A stretch of DNA of 53,584 nt, from positions 1 to 53,584 of the forward strand of contig JAGVFQ010000057.1 in NCBI GenBank assembly GCA_020057505.1, in the 5' to 3' direction. Position numbers and translations under genes: made by a program. Below the pieces are notes generated by a model. It had not been told where the DNA came from, made no database searches, and worked only from the letters and a program-made list of their open reading frames with translations. Origin of the DNA: Patescibacteria group bacterium. Lineage in GTDB: Bacteria > Patescibacteriota > Patescibacteriia > JAGVFQ01. This document shows positions 44,601 to 52,200 of the stretch, one piece after another (the stretch's first letter is position 1; each line of letters begins with the position of its first letter).

Positions 44601-47537
44601 AAAGCTATTATACTCAGTCCGGCTGTAGGTAAAATCAGCATTGGGATTAATTAATTTCTTTTCGAGAGTTAAATTGCCTTTTTCTACAAGACCCCAATTC
44701 AAGGTGTCATAATAATACTCGCTTTGGCCAAGGACATTACCGCCTTGGCCGTAGCTCGTCTGTCTTTTGGGCAGAGTGAGAATATTTTTGTTTGAGTTTA
44801 AGGCGTATTCGATGTTAGTGCTGATTTTGTCCGTGCCCGTATCAGCGAAACTGCCATCATCATTGGCCGCTACCTCGCCATATTGAGCTTCGCTCGTAAC
44901 ATTGCCGTTCGCGTCGTCATAGACTGTAAGCGAAGCCTTATCTCTATGATCAGCGTTGCCATCATAGGCCATTTCAATGGTTTGGGTTTGTTTTACAAAA
45001 TCTCGGAAGCCGGGCAAGGCGGCGTCTTCCCATTTGTTAATATTAACTTGATACAATTTATCTAAAGCATCATATAATTCTTGGCGATAGACTTTATTGA
45101 CTTTGGAAATATGATCGCTCGTTTCGCCTTTGGCGGTGTCGCTACTATTGCCTTGATAATAATAGCTGATAGTCTTATTGCCGTCGCTGTCAGTCTCTGT
45201 GATAGTATGGAAACCCGTGAATTGTCGATCTAAATAGCCTAGAGAATAATATTCGCCCCCGGCATATTCATAGTTTAGAATAGAGAGATTATTAAAACCA
45301 TCATTAGTTTCGATTTTCTTTACGGTTTGTAAATTAAAAGGCAGTTTGGGATTTAGGATATTACTTGAGGCATCGAAATAATTAGCCGAACTCTGATAGT
45401 TGATTTTAGTTTTAGCGCCCAGGCGGTCATCAACTTCATTCATTAGATCCGGGACAATGCCTTGGTGAAGATAGACTTCGTTGCGGCCCTGGTAGCTGTT
45501 GGAGTACAAGACATCAAAAAGACCATCGCCGTTGATATCTTCAATCGCGGCGCCGTAGTTAATGCCATTTTGCGTGAGATAATTAACGGGAATTATCCAG
45601 GCCGGATCAAGAGTCCAGCCCAAGCCGGTATTAATGTAGACGCCATTGTATTGCAGATCGCTTGAAGCGTCTTTGCGCAGGAGATCAATGAGACCATCGC
45701 CATTCGCATCGGCAAACATCACGCCGGTATCATTGGCATTGCCGTTCGTAAATTTAAGCGGGATGGTCCAATTTGGGTCTTCGCTAAAACCATGGCCGGT
45801 ATTGAGATAGACTTTGTTGGGTGAGGTATTTTTAGCCGAGAGAATATCAATTAGACCGTCGTTATTCACATCCGCTAATCTCGCGCCCAGGTCGGCTGAG
45901 GAACCGATGAAATATATCGGGATAATCCAGCTAAAATCTTTAAACCAGCCCGTGCCGGTATTGATATAGACTTCTTTCCTCTGCCAGTATTCATTGGCGA
46001 AGACGATATCAATCCGGCCGTCACCGTTCAGATCAGTTAATCGCGCGCCGTAATTAATGCCATTTTGAGTGAGATCAATCGGCAGATTCCAATTCGGATC
46101 TTTGGCCCAGCCAGAACCAGTATTAATGTAGACGCCGTTAAACTGCGTATCATTTGAAGCGTCCTTACGCAGGAGGTCAACTAAACCGTCGCCGTTCACG
46201 TCGGCGAACATCACGCCGTTGTCATTGGCGTTGGCGTTCGCAAATTTCACGGGAATGTACCAATTTGGATCTTCCTTAAAACCGTTGCCGGTGTTTAGAT
46301 ATACTTTATTGGGAAAGGAATAATATGCCAAGAGAACGTCGGGCAGGCTATCGCCGTTCACATCAATCATTCTTGAACCCGTATCATGAGAACTTGAAGT
46401 GCCAAAAGAGGCCGGCAAGCTGAGACTCGCGTCTTTCACCCATTGTTTGCTTGATGGCGCGTAGCTGAATTTTGTCTCAGGGAGAGTAATAACGTTGTTA
46501 GAACTGTCTTGGCCTGATTCAGTGATTGACTGAAGCACTAATCGATTTGTATTAGTGCCGGAAGAATAGGCCAAGCTGTATTTTTTCGACCATTGGCCAT
46601 TAATTTTGACCACGATTTCTTTGATACGATAATTAGTTTCTGTTTTGAAGCCGGAGTTGTAGGAAACATTTTTGTCATTTCTAGCTTCGGACGTAAACTC
46701 TATTTCGAAAATTCCAGAGATAGCGCCATTGCCGGTGTAATATATCTTTTGCGGGTAGATCTGACCCGCATCTTTTATATATTCAAATTTAATCCAGTTG
46801 TCATTAAGATCTCGCATTTCTTCAAGCTGCCACTTATATATTCGATTGCTATCGACTGGATCATCTTGACGAGAATTGGCGGTGAGACCGAATTTGTATT
46901 GTGTACCCTTTTTGTCGGTCACGAGCCAGGAGTTGTCGTTCTGGAATTCATATTTTAAAAATTCGCCGTTATCAACTTTGGAACCGTAGAGGCCGTGGAT
47001 ATCATCGCTCAAACTGATTGATTTTAATTCACCGCTTAAAGAAGAAGTAAAATAGTTTTCGGTGTAGAGTTTGTCGCTGCCCAGTTTGTTTTGTCTTTCA
47101 ATCGAGGGAATACTCACTGACCAGCCGTAACCGAAAATATTGTCATTGTTTTTGGTTTGGCTATTGTAGGTTAAACTTAAAACCGGCCCGAAAGAATTAC
47201 GGCCGGCTGGAATTGAAATGGGATAATTGTAATTAAGAGCGCCGCTCATCTTGTCAGCTTCGATCTTGATTCCAGACTTAGTAGAATTTACATCTTGATC
47301 CGTCTGGCTAGGCGTTGGCGAAGCTGAGGCGGCGGCTTCGGGCGTGGCGCTCGCAGCGGGAGCGACGGCATTTTCATCAGTTGAGACGGCCACGGTTTCA
47401 GCTGTTGCCGTTATGGATTCAGTCGGGACGTTCGCGGTTTCCGCGGCGTAAATTACAGAAGGTAAAATTAACTCAAAAGAAAGAGAGAATATGAGGAGGA
47501 GAATTACTACTTGATTCAATTTTGGTTTCTTGACCAT
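41655..47537 (-). CDS. Rhs/YD-repeat polymorphic toxin with a TcB-like N-terminal half (SpvB-like motif plus FG-GAP propeller) and a C-terminal toxin tip (CT1)
   Basis: 1960 aa with a Sec-type signal peptide. SpvB/TcB motif SGALNYNYPISIPAGRNSFGPVLSLTYNS ... FGYGWSVSIPSIER. Six DxNGDGxxD FG-GAP/VCBS repeats. Many YD repeats (YDALGR, YDLLGR, YDVLDR). Core end is LYYYGARYYNGKIGRFVSVDP ... NNPLIYIDKTGNF, followed by a 179-aa unique tip. Confidence 0.95.
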   Translation of the reverse strand: MVKKPKLNQVVILLLIFSLSFELILPSVIYAAETANVPTESITATAETVAVSTDENAVAPAASATPEAAASASPTPSQTDQDVNSTKSGIKIEADKMSGALNYNYPISIPAGRNSFGPVLSLTYNSQTKNNDNIFGYGWSVSIPSIERQNKLGSDKLYTENYFTSSLSGELKSISLSDDIHGLYGSKVDNGEFLKYEFQNDNSWLVTDKKGTQYKFGLTANSRQDDPVDSNRIYKWQLEEMRDLNDNWIKFEYIKDAGQIYPQKIYYTGNGAISGIFEIEFTSEARNDKNVSYNSGFKTETNYRIKEIVVKINGQWSKKYSLAYSSGTNTNRLVLQSITESGQDSSNNVITLPETKFSYAPSSKQWVKDASLSLPASFGTSSSHDTGSRMIDVNGDSLPDVLLAYYSFPNKVYLNTGNGFKEDPNWYIPVKFANANANDNGVMFADVNGDGLVDLLRKDASNDTQFNGVYINTGSGWAKDPNWNLPIDLTQNGINYGARLTDLNGDGRIDIVFANEYWQRKEVYINTGTGWFKDFSWIIPIYFIGSSADLGARLADVNNDGLIDILSAKNTSPNKVYLNTGHGFSEDPNWTIPLKFTNGNANDTGVMFADANGDGLIDLLRKDASSDLQYNGVYINTGLGWTLDPAWIIPVNYLTQNGINYGAAIEDINGDGLFDVLYSNSYQGRNEVYLHQGIVPDLMNEVDDRLGAKTKINYQSSANYFDASSNILNPKLPFNLQTVKKIETNDGFNNLSILNYEYAGGEYYSLGYLDRQFTGFHTITETDSDGNKTISYYYQGNSSDTAKGETSDHISKVNKVYRQELYDALDKLYQVNINKWEDAALPGFRDFVKQTQTIEMAYDGNADHRDKASLTVYDDANGNVTSEAQYGEVAANDDGSFADTGTDKISTNIEYALNSNKNILTLPKRQTSYGQGGNVLGQSEYYYDTLNWGLVEKGNLTLEKKLINPNADFTYSRTEYNSFGLPISSTNPRGFKTSVSYDAYNLYPAQIVNPKNQITTSTYDYFTGEPIEIIDPNNFKTQKVYDALNRPVKELITNPSNTAQLIETKRYEYNDINFPTSVTEKFYPNQNDNNGQLIEITKKTYVDGLGRTIQTKAKAENGLFVANNLSYNERGFLAKEFLPEFSLTLDFESIDQNDPNNTYAYDALGRVTKISNSLGSTSFSYDQWNKTITDPNAKQKIFYFDARNNLIKVTEFLAGVAKNTAYIYNQLNYLTKITDARGNIRKFSYDLLGRKTREEDLHNPADLTFGVGTKSYDKNNNLTQTIDPRGLKVRYTYDVLDRLTSENIVNADNTLTRQLTYVYDAGINGIGRLTKASNSTYEKNYTYDIAGRKLKEVFKTDKSVSSPLSYGQTFTTTYSYDSLNNLVSIKYPDNSQIKYVLNNAGQIEKIANPVTNVDILKSVDYEVNGQIKRIEMGNGAITTNIYDRNQMYRLINKSTGANSVKIQDLTYTYDAVGNVTHISDKSAGNLAKEADYTYDDLYRLTKATITFAANGKNYTQAYSYDALGNILNKSDVGKYVYDGSSSATWAATYTNPDAVTKAGAQVFGYDNSGNLISDGIFNYSWNYKNELLSSNKIGKAVSYAYDENGQRILKSVTVGSTIKTYYPNQYTEKENGISRDRIYLGDTNIATIKNNVIYYSHSDQLGSSSIETNAAGQIVESLDYYPFGSVRLDEKTSTYEDNHKYTGKELDEETNLYYYGARYYNGKIGRFVSVDPAYSAVGNAGQLKSKTGLDLKTYLSNPQAQNSYSYATNNPLIYIDKTGNFAFLIPIAVYVAVYAPVWVPAVVTFSAAATLAISAPLMGGSVYSYSKGDYKTGNDMNDLAVGVMGIEAGVAGATMSTGEMLMSKTKFNKNNDLRAVEHAQKHYPNLSKSQLEDLVKQTRVNADIKIEIGGKVSKTYYYNSKTNDLFIDNPKQPTIFQPDKGINYLDESIKKDIERGGVLK
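42331..42570 (-). repeat. Rhs core-end homology block, master copy in the full-length gene
   Basis: See 38094-38335. Confidence 0.85.
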
Positions 47538-47565
47538 GAAATCAGGATTATTTGATGATATGTGT

Positions 47566-47607
47566 ATTTTAATTCAAAATTGGATGCGACGCAAATATAT
47601 GCGACGC
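47566..47607 (-). promoter_or_regulatory. candidate rhs promoter (TTGCGT - 17 nt - TAAAAT) overlapped by two direct GCGTCGCAT 9-mers
   Basis: The minus strand reads GCGTCGCATatatttGCGTCGCATccaattttgaatTAAAAT. The second 9-mer overlaps the -35 box. Confidence 0.4.
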
Positions 47608-47616
47608 GTCCTAGAC

Positions 47617-47903
47617 ACCTGACTTAGCATAGGATACCTGCGGGACTTCGACTCGAACGCGTCCCGGTCGCCCTAGAGCCGTTCGAGTCCAGGACACGCG
47701 AAGCATCATGGACTCGAACTTTTTGCCAAAAATAGTCGGGGCGTCTCGGTCACCTGACTTAGCATAGGATACCTGCGAGACTTCGACTCGAACGCGTCCT
47801 GGTCGCCCTAGAGCCGTTCGAGTCCATGACACGCGAAGCATCATGGACTCGAACTTTTTGCCAAAAATAGTCGGGGTGTCTCGGTCACCTGACTTAGCAT
47901 AAG
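47617..47903. repeat. 135-bp tandem repeat, 2 full units plus a 17-bp partial unit abutting tRNA-Gln
   Basis: Units 47617-47751 and 47752-47886 differ at 4 positions. The third unit start (ACCTGACTTAGCATA) is the 3' flank of tRNA-Gln. Confidence 0.9.
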
Positions 47904-47907
47904 CCTA

Positions 47908-47978
47908 CTGCCAGACCTGGATTCGAACCAGGATAGTCGCCTTCAAAGGGCGATGTCCTACCGTTAGACGATCTGGCA
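47908..47978 (-). tRNA. tRNA-Gln (anticodon UUG)
   Basis: Hand-folded cloverleaf. Acceptor UGCCAGA/UCUGGCA with the U1-A72 pair typical of bacterial tRNA-Gln. D stem GUCU/GGAC. Anticodon arm UCGCC-CUUUGAA-GGCGA. T arm CCUGG-UUCGAAU-CCAGG. No encoded CCA. Confidence 0.9.
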
Positions 47979-47989
47979 ATACAAAACGA

Positions 47990-48062
47990 GATAACAGATA
48001 TCAAATAATAGATAATAGTTTCTAACTTTCTATTATCTATTCGCTATCTAATATCTGTTATC
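47990..48062. repeat. nested AT-rich inverted repeat
   Basis: GATAACAGATAT...AATAGATAATAG...CTATTATCTATT...ATATCTGTTATC, between the ftsX stop and the tRNA-Gln 5' end. Confidence 0.7.
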
Positions 48063-48075
48063 TATTATCTGTTTA

Positions 48076-48996
48076 CTAAACTTTCAAATACTTCCCTACC
48101 GCGAGAGCACTACTCACCACGCTCAAGACTATCGAGCCCAAAAGTTGCAGACCAAAAATTTTAAGAAAATTTTGGTTGTAATAGCTCACGACGTCAAAGC
48201 CGGTCCCGCCGAAAAAATTAATCAAATACGGCTGAATGACTCCCAAGAGCGGATAAACAACGGCAAAGGTGAGAAGGCAGGCAAAGATGGCGTAAAACAT
48301 ACCTTCCACAATAAATGGCAGGCGAACAAACCAGCTTGTAGCGCCCACGAGCCTCATGACGCCGATTTCTTCACGATGCGTATAAATCGCCACGCGGATG
48401 GTGTTAAAAATAATCAGTATGGCAATTAAAACAAATATTCCGCTCAAAATCAAGCCCCCGCGGCTCGTCTTGTTTTTAATGTTGGAAATTTTTTCAATTA
48501 ACAATTTGTGATCGTCAAAATTTTTGTCTTGTACCAGATTATCAGGCAGAACATCCGGACTACTTAATTTGTCCATAATGGCGGCATAATCCTCAGTTTT
48601 GTAAGCCTTGATAATCAAAGAAGCGCCCAAGGGATTGTCCCCTATCTCATTTAGCGCGTCAAGAATCTTTGGCTCATCTTTATGAGTCTCTTTGAAATTC
48701 TTTAGAGCATCTTCCTTGGATACGTAATTAATTTCTTTTACCTGCGGCGCGAGAAGCAAAGCCGCTTTTACTTCATTGATTTTAGCTTCAGCTGCGTCCA
48801 CTTTGAAAAAAACGGTCAAATCGACTTTGTCTTCCACGAAATTAATAGCTGTATCCGTCAGCTGATTAAAAACAATTAAAAAATTAATTAAAAATAAATT
48901 GAAAAATAAAACCGTGATCGTGATAATCGATAGCCAGATATTCCGCCAAAAATCTTGCCAGGCGAATTTGAAAATGCGAGAAGTTGTAGTTAGCAT
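48076..48996 (-). CDS. ftsX: cell division protein FtsX (permease-like)
   Basis: 306 aa. N-terminal TM, extracytoplasmic domain, and a C-terminal 3-TM FtsX domain (REEIGVMRLVGATSWFV). Downstream of ftsE. Confidence 0.85.
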   Translation of the reverse strand: MLTTTSRIFKFAWQDFWRNIWLSIITITVLFFNLFLINFLIVFNQLTDTAINFVEDKVDLTVFFKVDAAEAKINEVKAALLLAPQVKEINYVSKEDALKNFKETHKDEPKILDALNEIGDNPLGASLIIKAYKTEDYAAIMDKLSSPDVLPDNLVQDKNFDDHKLLIEKISNIKNKTSRGGLILSGIFVLIAILIIFNTIRVAIYTHREEIGVMRLVGATSWFVRLPFIVEGMFYAIFACLLTFAVVYPLLGVIQPYLINFFGGTGFDVVSYYNQNFLKIFGLQLLGSIVLSVVSSALAVGKYLKV

Positions 48997-49102
48997 ATTG
49001 GCGTAGGAAACGAAGGAAACGTAGTAACGAATTATCGCTGCGCTCGTTCATTTTATTTTAATTTCTTATTAAGAGATATTGCTTCGTCGCTACATTATCT
49101 AT

Positions 49103-49148
49103 CCTTCGAGAGCCTCAGGATGACAATTCCGCTCTTCGCAATGACAGG
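49103..49148. repeat. GC-rich intergenic element containing TTCGAGAGCCTCAGGATGACA
   Basis: The 21-nt motif recurs at 51083-51103 and, inverted, at 26920-26940. Confidence 0.65.
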
Positions 49149-49189
49149 CTTCTCTCCATTATCCATCTTTAGCTTAATGTTTAAATGAA

Positions 49190-49870
49190 TTACAACACGT
49201 ACTTCCCCTCTTCTTGGTCGCTCGAAATAGTCCCGCGATCGAGCGAAACAACCCGCTTGCGGAGAAAATTCACCACTTCGCGATTGTGCGTCACGAGCAG
49301 AATAGTCGTGCCGAGTTCGTTGATTTTTACCAGCAAATCAATAATGTCTTTAGTATTGATCGAATCAAGATTGCCCGTTGGCTCGTCGGCGACGAGAATC
49401 TTCGGCCGGTGAACCAAGGCTCGCGCGATGGCTGTCCTTTGAGTTTCTCCGCCCGAGATCTGATGCGGATAGCGTTCCATTTTATCTTTAAGGCCGACAA
49501 TCTTCAAGACCTGCGGGACAACGCTATTGATAATGCTCGTGGGCGCGCCGCAAACTTCAAGCGCGAAAGAAACATTTTCAAAAACAGTCTTCTGGGGCAG
49601 TAGTTTGAAATCCTGAAAAACCACGCCAATCTGCCGACGCAGCACCGGCACTTCGGACTGCTTGATATTGGAAATATCCCAGCCACCGATAATAATCTTC
49701 CCTTTCTCCGGCTTTTCTTCGGCGATCAAAAGCTTCACTAAAGTAGTTTTGCCCGTGCCGCTCTGACCGACGAGCGAAACAAACTCTTTGGACTGAATGC
49801 TCAAATTAATATCCTTCACCGCCACCACATCCGGCGGATAAAGCTTGGTTACATTTTTGAAAATAATCAT
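49190..49870 (-). CDS. ftsE: cell division ATP-binding protein FtsE
   Basis: 226 aa. Walker A GQSGTGKTT, signature ISGGETQRTAIARAL, Walker [13 protein letters not shown]. Confidence 0.9.
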   Translation of the reverse strand: MIIFKNVTKLYPPDVVAVKDINLSIQSKEFVSLVGQSGTGKTTLVKLLIAEEKPEKGKIIIGGWDISNIKQSEVPVLRRQIGVVFQDFKLLPQKTVFENVSFALEVCGAPTSIINSVVPQVLKIVGLKDKMERYPHQISGGETQRTAIARALVHRPKILVADEPTGNLDSINTKDIIDLLVKINELGTTILLVTHNREVVNFLRKRVVSLDRGTISSDQEEGKYVL

Positions 49871-49950
49871 ACCAAATTAAACTTAGTAGTTTTAGCTATA
49901 AATCTTTTTTAAATAAAACTAACTATAATAATAGATAAAACCTATTAATA

Positions 49951-50040
49951 ATTTTCAATTTAAAATTTACAATTTTCAATAAATGTTTTAATTTTATAAT
50001 TTTATAATTAACTAATTGAAAATTGATTGGAAATTAGAAA
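49951..50040. repeat. AT-rich ~90-bp intergenic element, copy 3 of 3 (inverted relative to copy 1)
   Basis: Its reverse complement aligns with 1417-1508 over almost the full length. Confidence 0.7.
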
Positions 50041-50832
50041 TTAGAAATTTTCAACAACCGGCTCCACTTTCACCTTTACCACTCCCAATCTCTTATCGGC
50101 AATTTTCTTGAAAGCCGTAACGTCGAGATCAATTACCCGATCCGGGAAAATATTCCTTTCCGGACCCCAATCATTAATTCGGACAACCACTGATTTGCCA
50201 TTAACCATATTAGTCACTTTAATCTTGGTCTTTTTCGGATAATCCGGCGACGCGGCACAATCGCAGTCTTTGTACTTGTACCAGCTGGCATAACCGCTCT
50301 CCTTTACTATTATATCACCTAAAACGGCAACACGGGCATAAGGCAAGTGTAATATCGATTTAACCATCTTATTTTTAACATCGCTTGAAGAGGGCAATGT
50401 CTGCCAGATACCTTTCGTTTTATTCCAGAAATAAATTTTCTTCAAATCATCGGAATAGTCGCCATATCCAATTTCTAAACTCAGCGGTTTTTTATTATTG
50501 AATAATGCTTTGTTTTTTATATCGAATTGATAAATTTCACTAATCAATCTTTTGTTCTTGGACAAGGGCATCTCCGCGCCGTCCACTTTGATTATCTCCA
50601 CTGCCGAATCGCCCTTAATCGCTCCCGAGCCAATGCCTAATTTAAAGAGATCAAAGCTCGCGGTATAGCCTTTTTCCAGTGTTTTTTGATCCAGAACAAT
50701 AAAAAAATTATTTTGCGCATTCTCTACTGCGTTGGAAATCAAGACGTCATCAGCCAAAACAGTTTGACTAATTAGCAAATTTAAGATTATAATGAAAAAC
50801 AGAATAGACATTTTTTTGATTACTCTTCTCAT
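50041..50832 (-). CDS. rlpA: RlpA-like double-psi beta-barrel (septal ring lytic transglycosylase family) protein
   Basis: 263 aa. Signal peptide, and the C-terminal GYASWYKY...VTNMVNGKSVVVRINDWGP DPBB motif. Confidence 0.75.
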   Translation of the reverse strand: MRRVIKKMSILFFIIILNLLISQTVLADDVLISNAVENAQNNFFIVLDQKTLEKGYTASFDLFKLGIGSGAIKGDSAVEIIKVDGAEMPLSKNKRLISEIYQFDIKNKALFNNKKPLSLEIGYGDYSDDLKKIYFWNKTKGIWQTLPSSSDVKNKMVKSILHLPYARVAVLGDIIVKESGYASWYKYKDCDCAASPDYPKKTKIKVTNMVNGKSVVVRINDWGPERNIFPDRVIDLDVTAFKKIADKRLGVVKVKVEPVVENF

Positions 50833-50859
50833 AATAATTATAGATTAACCCTTCTCTAA

Positions 50860-50930
50860 AGCGGGTAACGGGAATCGAACCCGTGCCACAACCTTGGGAA
50901 GGTCGCGTACTACCACTATACGATACCCGC
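50860..50930 (-). tRNA. tRNA-Gly (anticodon CCC)
   Basis: Hand-folded. Acceptor GCGGGUA/UACCCGC. Anticodon arm CGACC-UUCCCAA-GGUUG. T arm ACGGG-UUCGAUU-CCCGU. Confidence 0.9.
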
Positions 50931-50959
50931 TCACTATACAATTGCGCAGAATTCTAATT

Positions 50960-51035
50960 GCCGACGTAGCTCAGCTAGCAGAGCAATGCTTTCGTAAAGC
51001 AGAGGTCGTGGGTGCAAATCCCACCGTCGGCTCCA
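50960..51035 (+). tRNA. tRNA-Thr (anticodon CGU), CCA encoded
   Basis: Hand-folded. Acceptor GCCGACG/CGUCGGC. D arm GCUC-AGCUAGCA-GAGC. Anticodon loop UUCGUAA. T arm GUGGG-UGCAAAU-CCCAC. 3' end UCCA. Confidence 0.9.
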
Positions 51036-51147
51036 ATTTTTAATTTTATTCTTATAATCTTAACTGAATCAACTTGCCATACTTCGAGAACCTCAGTATG
51101 ACAAGTTTTTTATTCGCCCGCATTCGCAAAGATTCGCATTATTAGCA

Positions 51148-52164
51148 TTATATCATCTTATATATCTTCGCCTGGTCAGTTTTCTCTTTCAAGAATGTGC
51201 CCAGATCCATTATTTTTATTAAAATATGCCTGGCGCGCACCTGCTCTTCTTTCGAATTCGGATCGGTTTTCTTCTCTTCAACTTTTATAATATGGTAGCC
51301 GAATTGGGTTTTAATAAGACCGCTCGTTTCTCCGGGTTGAAGCGCGAAAGCGGTATCTTCAAATTCTTTTATCATCACTCCCCGGCCAAAAAGTCCCAAA
51401 TCCCCGCCCTGAACCGCGCTACCCGGGTCATCGCTATATTCCTTGGCCAAATCTTCAAAAGATTTTTGGCCGTCTTGAACCAGCTTCAAAACTTCTTCAG
51501 CTTTGGTTTTCGCGCCGCGGTTTAATTCCTCGTCATTAGAAACCGCTACTTCTAATTTTTTCTGTACCAAAAACGGCTTCAAAACTTTTTCCTTAAACTG
51601 ATCCGGACCCCACTGGTAAAGATCATTAAGAATTTTTTTGACATTGTCCAAACTGCCGGCTTCGGCAACCACTTTTTCAAATTCAGAATTCACTTCATCG
51701 TCGCTGACATTAATCTTATAATAATTCGCCGCTTCCGCGGTAATTTCGTCATTAATCATACGATCCAAAACATTAGTTTTTAATTCATCAGCGGGAGGGG
51801 TTTGTATTTTGCTGGCGCTTAACGCCGCCTGCTGTTTGTAATAATAATTCAAAGTTTTTAAATCCTCGTTGAAATTATTTAAGGAAAGAACTTTGAAATT
51901 AACCAGAGCGGCTGGATAGGGAAAAATTTTCGCCACGCCGTTGCTATATGGATTATCCCACTTAAATTTATAGATGCCTACGCCGCAAATAACTAAGACA
52001 AGAATAACAACCGCGGCCAAGCCAGCCAATATCCCCAAAATGAATTTTCCGGTCAATCCGGCTTTGGCGGTTTTAAGCCGCGAGAAAATATTTCCGTTTT
52101 TGGTTTTGATTATTTCTTTCATTGAACCGTCTTCTGTCTCAATATTTTTTTCTTCTTCTATCAT
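51148..52164 (-). CDS. membrane-anchored PpiC/parvulin-type peptidyl-prolyl isomerase (PrsA/SurA-like)
   Basis: 338 aa. TM helix, then the parvulin motif [21 protein letters not shown] ... [10 protein letters not shown]. Confidence 0.85.
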   Translation of the reverse strand: MIEEEKNIETEDGSMKEIIKTKNGNIFSRLKTAKAGLTGKFILGILAGLAAVVILVLVICGVGIYKFKWDNPYSNGVAKIFPYPAALVNFKVLSLNNFNEDLKTLNYYYKQQAALSASKIQTPPADELKTNVLDRMINDEITAEAANYYKINVSDDEVNSEFEKVVAEAGSLDNVKKILNDLYQWGPDQFKEKVLKPFLVQKKLEVAVSNDEELNRGAKTKAEEVLKLVQDGQKSFEDLAKEYSDDPGSAVQGGDLGLFGRGVMIKEFEDTAFALQPGETSGLIKTQFGYHIIKVEEKKTDPNSKEEQVRARHILIKIMDLGTFLKEKTDQAKIYKMI

Positions 52165-52200
52165 AGTTATTTGTTCTGAGTTATTTAATTTTAAATAAAT

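Noticed and set aside
42179-46958. Plus-strand ORFs inside the rhs gene (for example 42179-42583, 42990-43286, 46593-46958)
   Set aside because: They are antisense to a 1960-aa ORF with unmistakable Rhs/YD motifs. They have no independent support.
36454-47537. T6SS (VgrG/PAAR/Hcp), T7SS (WXG/LXG) or TcA injector genes associated with the Rhs locus
   Set aside because: I looked for them among all ORFs of the island and found none. Delivery therefore cannot be assigned to a known machine from this window alone.
47611-47844. 77-aa minus-strand ORF (MMLRVSWTRTALGRPGRVRVEV... repeated twice)
   Set aside because: It is a read-through of the 135-bp tandem repeat, and the internal peptide duplication mirrors the DNA units. 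It has no RBS and arginine-rich, low-complexity content. I treat it as an artefact.
47617-47903. Possible CRISPR array
   Set aside because: The whole 135-bp unit repeats with no variable spacers, there are only 2.1 copies, and no cas genes occur in the window.
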